Assembly: GCA_022784465.1 (NCBI GenBank)
Contig: JALFUR010000010.1
Coordinates: 256,856 to 320,855, forward strand
Direction: 5' to 3'
Origin: Christensenella sp.
GTDB taxonomy: Bacteria > Bacillota > Clostridia > Christensenellales > UBA3700
DNA: 64,000 nucleotides
Shown: piece by piece, positions 37,902-46,259 of the stretch
Layout: each line of letters opens with the position of its first letter
Numbering within the stretch: the stretch's first letter is position 1
Notes under the pieces: generated by a model
What the model was told of the DNA's origin: nothing
Seen by the model: only the letters and a program-made list of their open reading frames with translations
Databases searched by the model: none
Position numbers and translations under genes: made by a program

Positions 37902-37919
37902 AATTAATTTTTTTGATAA

Positions 37920-39455
37920 TTATCTAATAATCAAAGATCTTCCTGTCATTTCTTGTGGAATTGGTAATCCCATCATATCAAGCATTGTTGGTGCTATATC
38001 GCAAAGTTTTCCGCCTTCTGCTAACGCTTTAACCTCATCGTTTCCAACGGCTACTAGAGGTACTGGATTTGTTGTATGTGCAGTAAATGGAGATCCATCC
38101 GGATTAAACATATAATCGCAGTTGCCATGGTCTGCTGTAATTAATGCTTGTCCACCAATAGATAAAATTGTATCAACAACTTTTTTAACACATTCACTTG
38201 TTACCTTAACAGCTTGTTTTGCAGCAGGAACAACTCCTGTGTGTCCAACCATATCACAGTTAGCAAAATTTAGAATCATAACATCATATTTGCCTTCTTT
38301 TATAACACTACAAGCTTTTTCACATACTTCATAAGCGCTCATTTGAGGCATCATGTCAAATGTGGCAATTTTTGGAGAATCGATTAAAATTCTATCCTCG
38401 CCTTCATTTGGGGCTTCAACGCCTCCATTAAAGAAGAATGTTACATGCGCATATTTTTGTGTTTCTGCAATTCTAAATTGCTTTAAAGAATTCTTTGCTA
38501 AATATTCTCCCAAAGTATTTTTATATACTTCTTTTCTATATGCTACATCTAGTGCATTATCAAATGTTGCATCATACACTGTAAATGAGACAAATTTTGG
38601 TGCTAAAAATCCTTTTTTTCTATTAAAGCCTTGGAAATCTTCATATATGAATGAACGTGTAAGTTGACGGGCTCTATCAGGTCTGAAATTAAAGAATATA
38701 ATGCTATCACCTTTTTCAATTGTCGCAACCGGTTTATTGTTTTCAACAATTACAGTTGGAATAACAAACTCATCAGTTACTCCTTTGTCGTAACTGTTTT
38801 GCATTGCATCAACTGCATTAGTCTCAAAAACACCTTCTCCATCAACAATTGCTGAATAAGCTTTTTCAACTCTATCCCAAATGTTGTCTCTATCCATAGC
38901 ATAGAAACGACCAGAAATTGAAGCAATTTTTCCAAATGAAATCTCATCCATATAGTTTTGCAACAATTCCATATAGTGTTTTCCGCTTGTTGGAGAAACA
39001 TCTCTTCCATCCATAAAGCAATGAACATAAATGTTGTCTAAGCCCATTTCCTTTGCCATTTTAATAAGAGCAAATAAATGTGTATAATGCGAATGAACTC
39101 CACCATCAGACAACAATCCCATTACATGTAATTGCTTTTTGTTGTCTTTTGCAGATTTCATTGCCTTAACTATAGCTTCATTAGAAAAGAAATCTCCATC
39201 TTCAATTGCTTTGGTAATCTTTGTTAAATCTTGATATATAATTCTTCCTGCACCTATATTCATATGACCAACTTCACTATTTCCCATTTGGCCTTCAGGA
39301 AGACCAACAGATAAACCTGAAGCTTGGATATGCGTTGTAGGATTTGATGACATTAATTCAAATACTTCTTTTGATGTATCAACAGAAATAGCATTTGCAG
39401 GGCAAAAATCATTAATGCCGTAGCCATCCATTATTATAAGACCAGTAAATTTCAT
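37920..39455 (-). CDS. gpmI: 2,3-bisphosphoglycerate-independent phosphoglycerate mutase
   Basis: 511 aa. IIMDGYG, GNSEVGHMNIGAGR and GGVHSH motifs and C-terminal ADHGN typical of iPGM. Confidence 0.95.
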   Translation of the reverse strand: MKFTGLIIMDGYGINDFCPANAISVDTSKEVFELMSSNPTTHIQASGLSVGLPEGQMGNSEVGHMNIGAGRIIYQDLTKITKAIEDGDFFSNEAIVKAMKSAKDNKKQLHVMGLLSDGGVHSHYTHLFALIKMAKEMGLDNIYVHCFMDGRDVSPTSGKHYMELLQNYMDEISFGKIASISGRFYAMDRDNIWDRVEKAYSAIVDGEGVFETNAVDAMQNSYDKGVTDEFVIPTVIVENNKPVATIEKGDSIIFFNFRPDRARQLTRSFIYEDFQGFNRKKGFLAPKFVSFTVYDATFDNALDVAYRKEVYKNTLGEYLAKNSLKQFRIAETQKYAHVTFFFNGGVEAPNEGEDRILIDSPKIATFDMMPQMSAYEVCEKACSVIKEGKYDVMILNFANCDMVGHTGVVPAAKQAVKVTSECVKKVVDTILSIGGQALITADHGNCDYMFNPDGSPFTAHTTNPVPLVAVGNDEVKALAEGGKLCDIAPTMLDMMGLPIPQEMTGRSLIIR

Positions 39456-39467
39456 ATACGCCTCTAA

Positions 39468-40217
39468 TTAGTGCTTAACAACAATTGAGAAATCAACAGC
39501 CTTTAGGGAAGCACCACCAATTAATCCACCATCAATTTGTTTCATTTCCATTAATTCGTGAGCGTTCTTAGCGTTCATAGATCCGCCATATTGAATTCTT
39601 AGCTTATTAGCAGCTTTTCTATTATATAGTTTTGCAATTCTGTTTCTAATGATTTTAATTGTATCATTTGCATCTTGTGCAGTTGCTGTCTTTCCTGTTC
39701 CGATTGCCCATACTGGCTCATAAGCAATTACAATATTTGCTAGTTGATCTTCTGGAATGTCTGCAAATGCGCCATCAACTTGTTTTTTAAGTACGCTCTT
39801 AACTCTATTTTTTTCTCTTTGTTCTAATGTTTCACCAACACAAATAATTGGCTTTAATCCACTTGCTAAAGCAGCCTTAACTCTCATATTTACAGTAGCA
39901 TCTGTTTCTCCGAAATATTGTCTTCTTTCGCTGTGTCCAATAATTACATATTCTACACCTAATTCAACAAGCATTTCTGCACTGATTTCTCCTGTGAAAG
40001 CTCCTTTTTCTGCCCAGTGAACATTTTCTGCTCCTAGTTTAATATTTGTTCCTTTAATTAATTCTGCTGCTGTAGCAATGTTTGTATAAGGAACACAAAT
40101 AACAATTTCTGTGCCTTTAACGTCTTTTACTAAAGGAATTAATTCTGTAATTAATGCTTTTGTTCCAGCATTTGTGTTGTTCATTTTCCAGTTTCCTGCA
40201 ATAATTGGTTTTCTCAT
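39468..40217 (-). CDS. tpiA: Triose-phosphate isomerase
   Basis: 249 aa. AGNWKMN, IGHSERR, AYEPVWAIGTG and GGASL motifs. Confidence 0.97.
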   Translation of the reverse strand: MRKPIIAGNWKMNNTNAGTKALITELIPLVKDVKGTEIVICVPYTNIATAAELIKGTNIKLGAENVHWAEKGAFTGEISAEMLVELGVEYVIIGHSERRQYFGETDATVNMRVKAALASGLKPIICVGETLEQREKNRVKSVLKKQVDGAFADIPEDQLANIVIAYEPVWAIGTGKTATAQDANDTIKIIRNRIAKLYNRKAANKLRIQYGGSMNAKNAHELMEMKQIDGGLIGGASLKAVDFSIVVKH

Positions 40218-40288
40218 TTTATACCTCTTTTTAAATTTTTCTTTTCATTTTTATAAAAAGGGCTAGAATATCTAACCCTATTTTATTA

Positions 40289-41617
40289 TTAGTCTTTATC
40301 GTTTAAACATGCAATTCCAGGAAGAACTTTTCCTTCAAACAATTCAAGAGAAGCTCCACCTCCTGTAGATATATGTGTCATCTTATCTGCAAATCCTAAT
40401 TGAGCAACAGCAGCAGCAGAATCTCCACCACCAATAATTGTTGTTGCACCTTCTGCTTCAGCTAAAGCTTTAGCAACAGCAATTGTTCCCTTTGCTAATA
40501 CTGGATTTTCAAATACGCCCATTGGTCCATTCCAAATAATTGTCTTTGCAGCCTTTGCAACACTTGCAAATAATTCTGCACTCTTTGGTCCAATATCTAA
40601 TCCCATTTGGCCATCTGGAATTGCATCGCTATCTACATATTGAACATCAATAGCAGCATCGATTGGGTCTGGGAATGAAGCGGCAATAGCTGTATCAATT
40701 GGCAAGTAAATCTTCTTTCCTGCAGCTTCAGCTTTTGCCATCATATCTTTACAATAATCAATCTTTTCATCATCAACTAATGAAGAACCAACGCTCAATC
40801 CTTGAGCTTTTAAGAATGTATAAGCCATTCCGCCTCCAATAATTAATGAATCACATTTATTTAATAGATTGTCTATAACTTTTAATTTATCTGCGACCTT
40901 AGCTCCACCAAGAATTGCCACAAATGGTCTTACTGGATGATCTAAAGAATCTGCCATAACTGTTAATTCTTTTTCAATTAAGAATCCACAAACGGCATCT
41001 TTTACTAATCCGTATTCAGCGATTGCAGCTGTTGTAGCATGAGAACGATGGGCTGTACCAAATGCATCATTAACATAGATAAATCCTTCTCCGCATAATT
41101 CTGCTAATTTCTTACATAACTCTTCGCTTCTTCCTTCTTCTCCTGCGTCAAATCTTGTATTTTCAAGTAATACAACTTCACCTGGTTTTAATGCTGCAAC
41201 TTTTGCATGAGCATCTTCACCAACTATATCATGCGCAAAAGTAACCTTTCCGTCTAATAATTCGTTTAATCTCTTTGCAACTGGTTCTAGAGTAAACTTC
41301 TTTGGATCTTTCTTTAAAGCATTAGCAATAGCATCAGCTTTTGCTTGTGCTTGTTCTTCTGCAGGAAGAGCCTCTATAGCTTTCTTTTCCTTCTTAGTTA
41401 ATCCGAATCCTTCTGTGAAAATGTTATGAGGTTTGCCCATATGAGAACATAAAACTACCTTTGCGCCATGTTCCATAAGATATTTAATTGTAGGCAATGC
41501 TCCATTAATACGATTTTCATCTGTAATAACACCATCTTTCATTGGTACATTAAAGTCAACACGAACTAAGCATGTCTTTCCTTTTACATCTACATCTCTA
41601 ATTGTCTTTTTATTCAT
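40289..41617 (-). CDS. pgk: Phosphoglycerate kinase (with a ~40-aa insertion after the SHxGKP motif)
   Basis: 442 aa. RVDFNVP, CSHMGKP, FGTAHR and STGGGASLE motifs. Confidence 0.96.
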   Translation of the reverse strand: MNKKTIRDVDVKGKTCLVRVDFNVPMKDGVITDENRINGALPTIKYLMEHGAKVVLCSHMGKPHNIFTEGFGLTKKEKKAIEALPAEEQAQAKADAIANALKKDPKKFTLEPVAKRLNELLDGKVTFAHDIVGEDAHAKVAALKPGEVVLLENTRFDAGEEGRSEELCKKLAELCGEGFIYVNDAFGTAHRSHATTAAIAEYGLVKDAVCGFLIEKELTVMADSLDHPVRPFVAILGGAKVADKLKVIDNLLNKCDSLIIGGGMAYTFLKAQGLSVGSSLVDDEKIDYCKDMMAKAEAAGKKIYLPIDTAIAASFPDPIDAAIDVQYVDSDAIPDGQMGLDIGPKSAELFASVAKAAKTIIWNGPMGVFENPVLAKGTIAVAKALAEAEGATTIIGGGDSAAAVAQLGFADKMTHISTGGGASLELFEGKVLPGIACLNDKD

Positions 41618-41658
41618 AGATATAACATACTCCTTTTTAATAATTTTTTACGATAATA

Positions 41659-41687
41659 ATTTTACCATATTTACATATTAATGTAAA
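41659..41687 (-). promoter_or_regulatory. Sigma-A-like promoter for pgk-tpiA-gpmI, overlapped by a 20-bp near-palindrome
   Basis: Minus strand: TTTACA, 17-nt spacer, TGgTAAAAT (extended -10). Palindrome ATTTACAT-atta-ATGTAAAT at 41669..41688 covers the -35. Confidence 0.55.
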
Positions 41688-41743
41688 TTATTATCTTTTT
41701 GATGTGTTTGTATTGTTAATTGTTCTTAATTGTAAAAGTAAAT

Positions 41744-41772
41744 AGTCAAATGCTAAACTAAAATGCGTTAAT
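41744..41772 (-). repeat. Copy 1 of a 29-bp exact repeat (AGTCAAATGCTAAACTAAAATGCGTTAAT), upstream of pgk
   Basis: Identical 29-mer at 53182..53210. The two copies lie 127 and 130 bp upstream of the pgk and rpsF start codons, in the same orientation relative to the gene. Confidence 0.8.
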
Positions 41773-41874
41773 GCTCATTTTTTTGTTTATGATTTTTCAT
41801 TTTTCTACATAAGACACTATCATATTTTGTTGTTCAAATAAATATAGATTGATATAATTGAAATGATATTAATT

Positions 41875-41919
41875 AATACATCTAACTTAAGTTTTTAAGT
41901 TAAATCTAAATGTATTATA
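41875..41919 (+). repeat. Copy B of the conserved nested-hairpin element, directly upstream of the SIS-domain gene
   Basis: AATACATCTAAC-TTAAGTTTTTAA-GTTAAATCTAAATGTATTATA. Same outer stem and flanks as copy A; the inner stem sequence differs but still pairs (TTAA/TTAA versus AGGC/GCCT). Confidence 0.6.
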
Positions 41920-41929
41920 AAGGTGTTTT

Positions 41930-42964
41930 ATGACAACATTAATGCAACAAGAAATTTTTTCTGAACCAACAATGCTTAAAAATACCATTAAAGCTTGTTC
42001 AAGTGTTCTTCCTGCTTTAAAAGCAGAGTTTAAAAAAAGAAAAATTACAAAGATTGTAACAATGGCTCGCGGAACTTCAGATAATGCAGCAACTGTATTT
42101 TCTTTCCTATGTCCATTAAAAACAGGTTTAGTTACTTCTAAATTCCACCCATCAATCTTTACTGTTTACGATCAAAAAGTAAATTTAAATGACACAATGA
42201 TGGTTATTATATCTCAAAGTGGAATGAGCAAAGACACAATAAAAGTAATGAATGACGCAAAAGCTTGCGGTGCTATGATTGTTGGCGTTACAAACAATGC
42301 TGAAAGCCCAATTGCAAAAGAATCTGATTTCCATCTATTTATGGATGTTGAAGAAGAAAAATCTGTAGCAGCTACAAAAACATATATTGGAGAAATATTT
42401 GCTTTATCTATGCTTGTTGATGCCCTTGCTGAAGACAATTCTGTTGACTATAACGAGATAGCAAACAACATAAATGCTTTACTTTCGCTTTTTGATAATC
42501 AAGTAAGCGCAATGGCTGAGGATATGTATAAAAAGAATAATTTCATTATTTTATCTAGAGGAACAACATTAGGCTCAGGAGATGAACTTTCTCTTAAATT
42601 AACAGAATGTTGCTACATCTTTAATAGATCTTATTCTTCAGCAAACTTTATGCATGGACCTTTATCTTTATTAGATTCTAATGCAAATGTAATTATGCTT
42701 GCTCCTGATTCACAATTCACTCAAGAATTTATCGACATGGCAAATAGAATAAAAGAAAAAGATGCAACACTATATGCCTTTACAGATATAAAAGAAATTC
42801 AAAACATGTCAACAAAATTCGTCAACATGCCTAAGACAAACAATTTAACAAGTCCTATATATTATGGCGTTATGGCTTCTTTACTTGCGCTTTCTATTGG
42901 ACTTAAAAAAGGCCACAATGTTGACGCTCCAAGAAACTTAAAAAAGGTTACTGTAACTCTTTAA
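41930..42964 (+). CDS. Tandem SIS-domain sugar-phosphate isomerase/deaminase (GlmS C-terminal-like; AgaS/FrlB-type)
   Basis: 344 aa. No glutaminase domain. SIS motifs (MARGTSDNAA, IISQSGMSKDT, GVTNNAESP). Confidence 0.7.
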   Translation: MTTLMQQEIFSEPTMLKNTIKACSSVLPALKAEFKKRKITKIVTMARGTSDNAATVFSFLCPLKTGLVTSKFHPSIFTVYDQKVNLNDTMMVIISQSGMSKDTIKVMNDAKACGAMIVGVTNNAESPIAKESDFHLFMDVEEEKSVAATKTYIGEIFALSMLVDALAEDNSVDYNEIANNINALLSLFDNQVSAMAEDMYKKNNFIILSRGTTLGSGDELSLKLTECCYIFNRSYSSANFMHGPLSLLDSNANVIMLAPDSQFTQEFIDMANRIKEKDATLYAFTDIKEIQNMSTKFVNMPKTNNLTSPIYYGVMASLLALSIGLKKGHNVDAPRNLKKVTVTL

Positions 42965-42974
42965 TGAACCATTA

Positions 42975-43015
42975 AAAATGGCTGAGAGCAATTGATACTC
43001 TCAGCCCATTTTTTA
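42975..43015. terminator. Bidirectional terminator between convergent genes
   Basis: AAAAATGGCTGAGAG-caattgata-CTCTCAGCCCATTTTTT. Confidence 0.7.
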
Positions 43016-43027
43016 TTTTAACAATAA

Positions 43028-44527
43028 TTAATCTTTTGCTGATTTATGATTATCAATATATGTTGATAGATCAGCTTCTGTAATATATGCTGGAACTTTA
43101 TCTTTAATTGATTCGTCATCTTTATTAATAACGAATTCATCATCCTTAGCATATGTGTGTGTCTTATATCCACTTACTATATATGCCTTTGCATATGTTA
43201 TTTCACTTGTCATTGAATAAGAATTTAAATCCATTCTATACAAATAGTTTGTCTCTGCTGAGTTTTCAAAATATACATAGTTATCTAAAAATACTGGTGC
43301 TCCATATTGGCTTCCAAAAGTAACTGTTGATATCTTTTCAGCATATGCACTTGTATTAATAGCATCACCATCTTGTGTCAATATATCTGCCTTGTACAAT
43401 AAATTGCTTAGCAAATAGTATATTGTTGATCCTTCTTGTTTAACAATATTAATTGTTGAGCTTGTTGTTAAGGTATCTGACTTGATTTCATCACTACCTG
43501 TCATTGGCTTATATACAACTAAAGATGTAGAAGAATAGTCTAACAATCCTTTTTCAAATCCAAGTGGATAAACTGTAGATAATGCAGATTTAGCATATTG
43601 CTTTTCATTTGCTTTATCAAAAGCAAAATTTTCATCTTCAAACTTATATCCGTATGTTCCTACACTTGCTTCTGCATTTGCTGCTTTTTTTGTATAATAT
43701 AAAACATTTTCTTTTGCATCGTATTTTATTACATCAACAGTAAATTGATTGGCAATGTCTAAGTAATATTCATCTTCTTTATCTGTAAAGGAATTTGTTT
43801 TTATTATTTCCTTTATTGTTCCATCTTTAAGAATTACACTTATTGAATTGCTTTGAATTAATTCGTTATCGCTAGCTTTTGCAAAGAATACCATTTGCTT
43901 TTCTTTTGATATTTCAACGTCTGTGTATTCTTCAACTAAAACTTTTTCTTTTTCAACTTTTTTGTCTGTATATCCTACAAAATAAATATTAGATTCGTTA
44001 GTATAAATTAATCCCTTTTCTGTAAAAATATAACTGCTTGATGTGCTTTCAACGATAGCTATTGATTGAGTCTTTGTTCCATCAGTTTTTGATCTCATGT
44101 ATTCAAGACCATCAATTGGTGTTCCTTTGTTGTCGGTTCTAATTGTTCTAGTTACATAATAAATCCAATCGCCATAAACATATAAACCTGCGTTTGAATA
44201 TCCTGAATAGAATGTTTTTGGAACAACAACACCTAAACATTTCAATGAGCCATCTTCTTCGATTTTGCTCTTCATAATGCTTCCTTTAACACTAGCTCCA
44301 CCCCATTCGTTTTCTGAAGCTGCAGTTAAAGCTGTTGTATTTACACCGTTTACATAATATAAATATGAGCCCTGTTTAACAACAACGGTTCCATTGTTTT
44401 CCGCAACAGAATCGCTATATTCTGTGCCTCCAACTGCATCCCATTTATATTTATTACAAGCGGTAAAAGAAAATAGCATTACTACTACTGATACCAAAGT
44501 AATTAAACCTAGTAATATTTTTTTCAT
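43028..44527 (-). CDS. Lipoprotein (499 aa), probably beta-propeller-like (DUF5050-like YY-rich repeats)
   Basis: Signal peptide plus lipobox (LFSFTAC). Recurrent YYVN/YYV/IYF motifs. Confidence 0.55.
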   Translation of the reverse strand: MKKILLGLITLVSVVVMLFSFTACNKYKWDAVGGTEYSDSVAENNGTVVVKQGSYLYYVNGVNTTALTAASENEWGGASVKGSIMKSKIEEDGSLKCLGVVVPKTFYSGYSNAGLYVYGDWIYYVTRTIRTDNKGTPIDGLEYMRSKTDGTKTQSIAIVESTSSSYIFTEKGLIYTNESNIYFVGYTDKKVEKEKVLVEEYTDVEISKEKQMVFFAKASDNELIQSNSISVILKDGTIKEIIKTNSFTDKEDEYYLDIANQFTVDVIKYDAKENVLYYTKKAANAEASVGTYGYKFEDENFAFDKANEKQYAKSALSTVYPLGFEKGLLDYSSTSLVVYKPMTGSDEIKSDTLTTSSTINIVKQEGSTIYYLLSNLLYKADILTQDGDAINTSAYAEKISTVTFGSQYGAPVFLDNYVYFENSAETNYLYRMDLNSYSMTSEITYAKAYIVSGYKTHTYAKDDEFVINKDDESIKDKVPAYITEADLSTYIDNHKSAKD

Positions 44528-44621
44528 ATATACACTCCTAATGTACGTATAAATAAACGCAAAGTTATTATAATATAATAATATTTATTATGCAAGAATT
44601 TTTACTTTCGTCTTGCTCTAC

Positions 44622-45299
44622 TTATTTTTCTTGGTTAGACCAATCTATAGCAGTCATACCATTTTTTAACAAAAACTCATTTGCTTTAGAAAAATGTTTG
44701 CATTCTAAAAACCCATGATAAAACGATAGCGGAGATGGGTGGACTGACGTTAAAACTAAGTGTTTATTTGTATCAATTAACTTTAATTTTTGCTTAGCAT
44801 TGTTTCCCCATAACAAAAAAACCATAGGTTTTTCTCTATTGTTTAGAATTTCTACAACCTTATTTGTGAACTTCTCCCATCCAATATTACAATGAGACTG
44901 CGGACACCCTGCTCTAACTGTTAAAATTGTGTTTAATAAAAAAACACCTTGCTTAGCCCATATAGATAAATCTCCATTACTTGTCATCTTTATACCTAAA
45001 TCATATTCTATAGCTTTAAAGATGTTCTTTAAAGATGGAGGACACTCTACTCCTTTGTTAACGGAAAAAGCAAGGCCATTGGCTTGATTATCCCCATGAT
45101 AAGGATCTTGTCCTATAATAACAACTTTTACATCCTCATATGCGGTCTTTTCAAAAGCCGCTAAAATCTGCTTTTTTGGTGGATATACAGTATAAGCGCT
45201 ATATTCTTTAATTAAAAAATTTCGAATATTTGAAAAATATTCTTTTTCTATTTCTTCTTTTAATAATTTGTCCCAACTATTGCCAAGTGATGTAGCCAT
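44622..45299 (-). CDS. ung: Uracil-DNA glycosylase (family 1)
   Basis: 225 aa. VVIIGQDPYHG, GVFLLN and HPSPLS motifs. Confidence 0.93.
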   Translation of the reverse strand: MATSLGNSWDKLLKEEIEKEYFSNIRNFLIKEYSAYTVYPPKKQILAAFEKTAYEDVKVVIIGQDPYHGDNQANGLAFSVNKGVECPPSLKNIFKAIEYDLGIKMTSNGDLSIWAKQGVFLLNTILTVRAGCPQSHCNIGWEKFTNKVVEILNNREKPMVFLLWGNNAKQKLKLIDTNKHLVLTSVHPSPLSFYHGFLECKHFSKANEFLLKNGMTAIDWSNQEK

Positions 45300-45370
45300 A
45301 TTCTAAATTTAATTTTACCATATTCTTTAGATTATTGACTTTTTTTATTTGTAAGAATTATTATTTATTT

Positions 45371-46177
45371 ATGATTGATTGTCACACTCATTGTTACTAT
45401 TCACATGATAGTAAGGAAAACCCAATAAATTCAATAAATCAAGCCATTAATCTTGGACTTGAGTATTTGGCTTTTACCGACCACTGTGACAAAGATTGCC
45501 TTTTTGTTGATGCGTATAAAAACAAAATCCGACAAATAGATCTACCTTCATATTTTAATGAAATAAATGCACTAAAAGAACAATTTAAAAACAAGATTGA
45601 AATAGGCGTGGGAATTGAATGCGGATTTATGACTCAAGCAACGCCAATATACGAAGACATTTTAAAAACTTATAGTACTGATATAATTATTAACTCTGTT
45701 CATCTTGTTGATTTTATAGATTGCTATTATAGAGAATACTTTGAGAAAAAAACAAAAGAAGAAGCGTATCTAAATTATATTAAATCTATACGTAGCAGCT
45801 TAGATGTACCATATCAATATGATACAGTAGCTCACATTGGCTATGTTTCAAGAAAAGCAATTTATGAAGATAAGATGTTTAAATATAGCGATTTTCGTGA
45901 CGAGATTGACGACATTTTAAAAACCATAATATTAAAAGGAAAAGCTTTAGAAATTAATTCTCATGCAGAAACAACAGGAGATATTTCTCTTCCAAATAGC
46001 GAAATCATAAAAAGATATTTTGAATTAGGTGGAGAATTAATTACTTTTGGCTCTGACGCTCATATAAGTTCAAAAATATGTTATATGTACAATGACATTT
46101 CTCAAATGCTAAAAAATATAGGATTTAAATATGTTTTTAAGTATTTGTCTCATAAGCCAATAGCTTGCAAATTATAA
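45371..46177 (+). CDS. PHP-domain histidinol-phosphatase (HisJ) family protein
   Basis: MIDCHTHCYYSHDS metal-binding motif. I prefer the ATG at 45371 over the track's upstream non-ATG start at 45335. Confidence 0.75.
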   Translation: MIDCHTHCYYSHDSKENPINSINQAINLGLEYLAFTDHCDKDCLFVDAYKNKIRQIDLPSYFNEINALKEQFKNKIEIGVGIECGFMTQATPIYEDILKTYSTDIIINSVHLVDFIDCYYREYFEKKTKEEAYLNYIKSIRSSLDVPYQYDTVAHIGYVSRKAIYEDKMFKYSDFRDEIDDILKTIILKGKALEINSHAETTGDISLPNSEIIKRYFELGGELITFGSDAHISSKICYMYNDISQMLKNIGFKYVFKYLSHKPIACKL

Positions 46178-46189
46178 TACTATTATAAA

Positions 46190-46239
46190 AAGAGTTGCCA
46201 ATTGGTTTTTTATCACCTTTTAACAACTCTTATTTTTTT
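46190..46239. terminator. Bidirectional hairpin between convergent genes
   Basis: AAGAGTTG...CAACTCTT (26-nt loop with an internal CCAATTGG), followed by ATTTTTTT and preceded by an A-tract. Confidence 0.45.
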
Positions 46240-46259
46240 GTTTAATAATTTGTTATGCT

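Noticed and set aside
45335-45370. Upstream non-ATG start for the PHP phosphatase gene
   Set aside because: It adds 12 hydrophobic residues (MTFFICKNYYLF) not typical of HisJ-family proteins, which begin MIDxHxH. The ATG at 45371 fits the family N-terminus.
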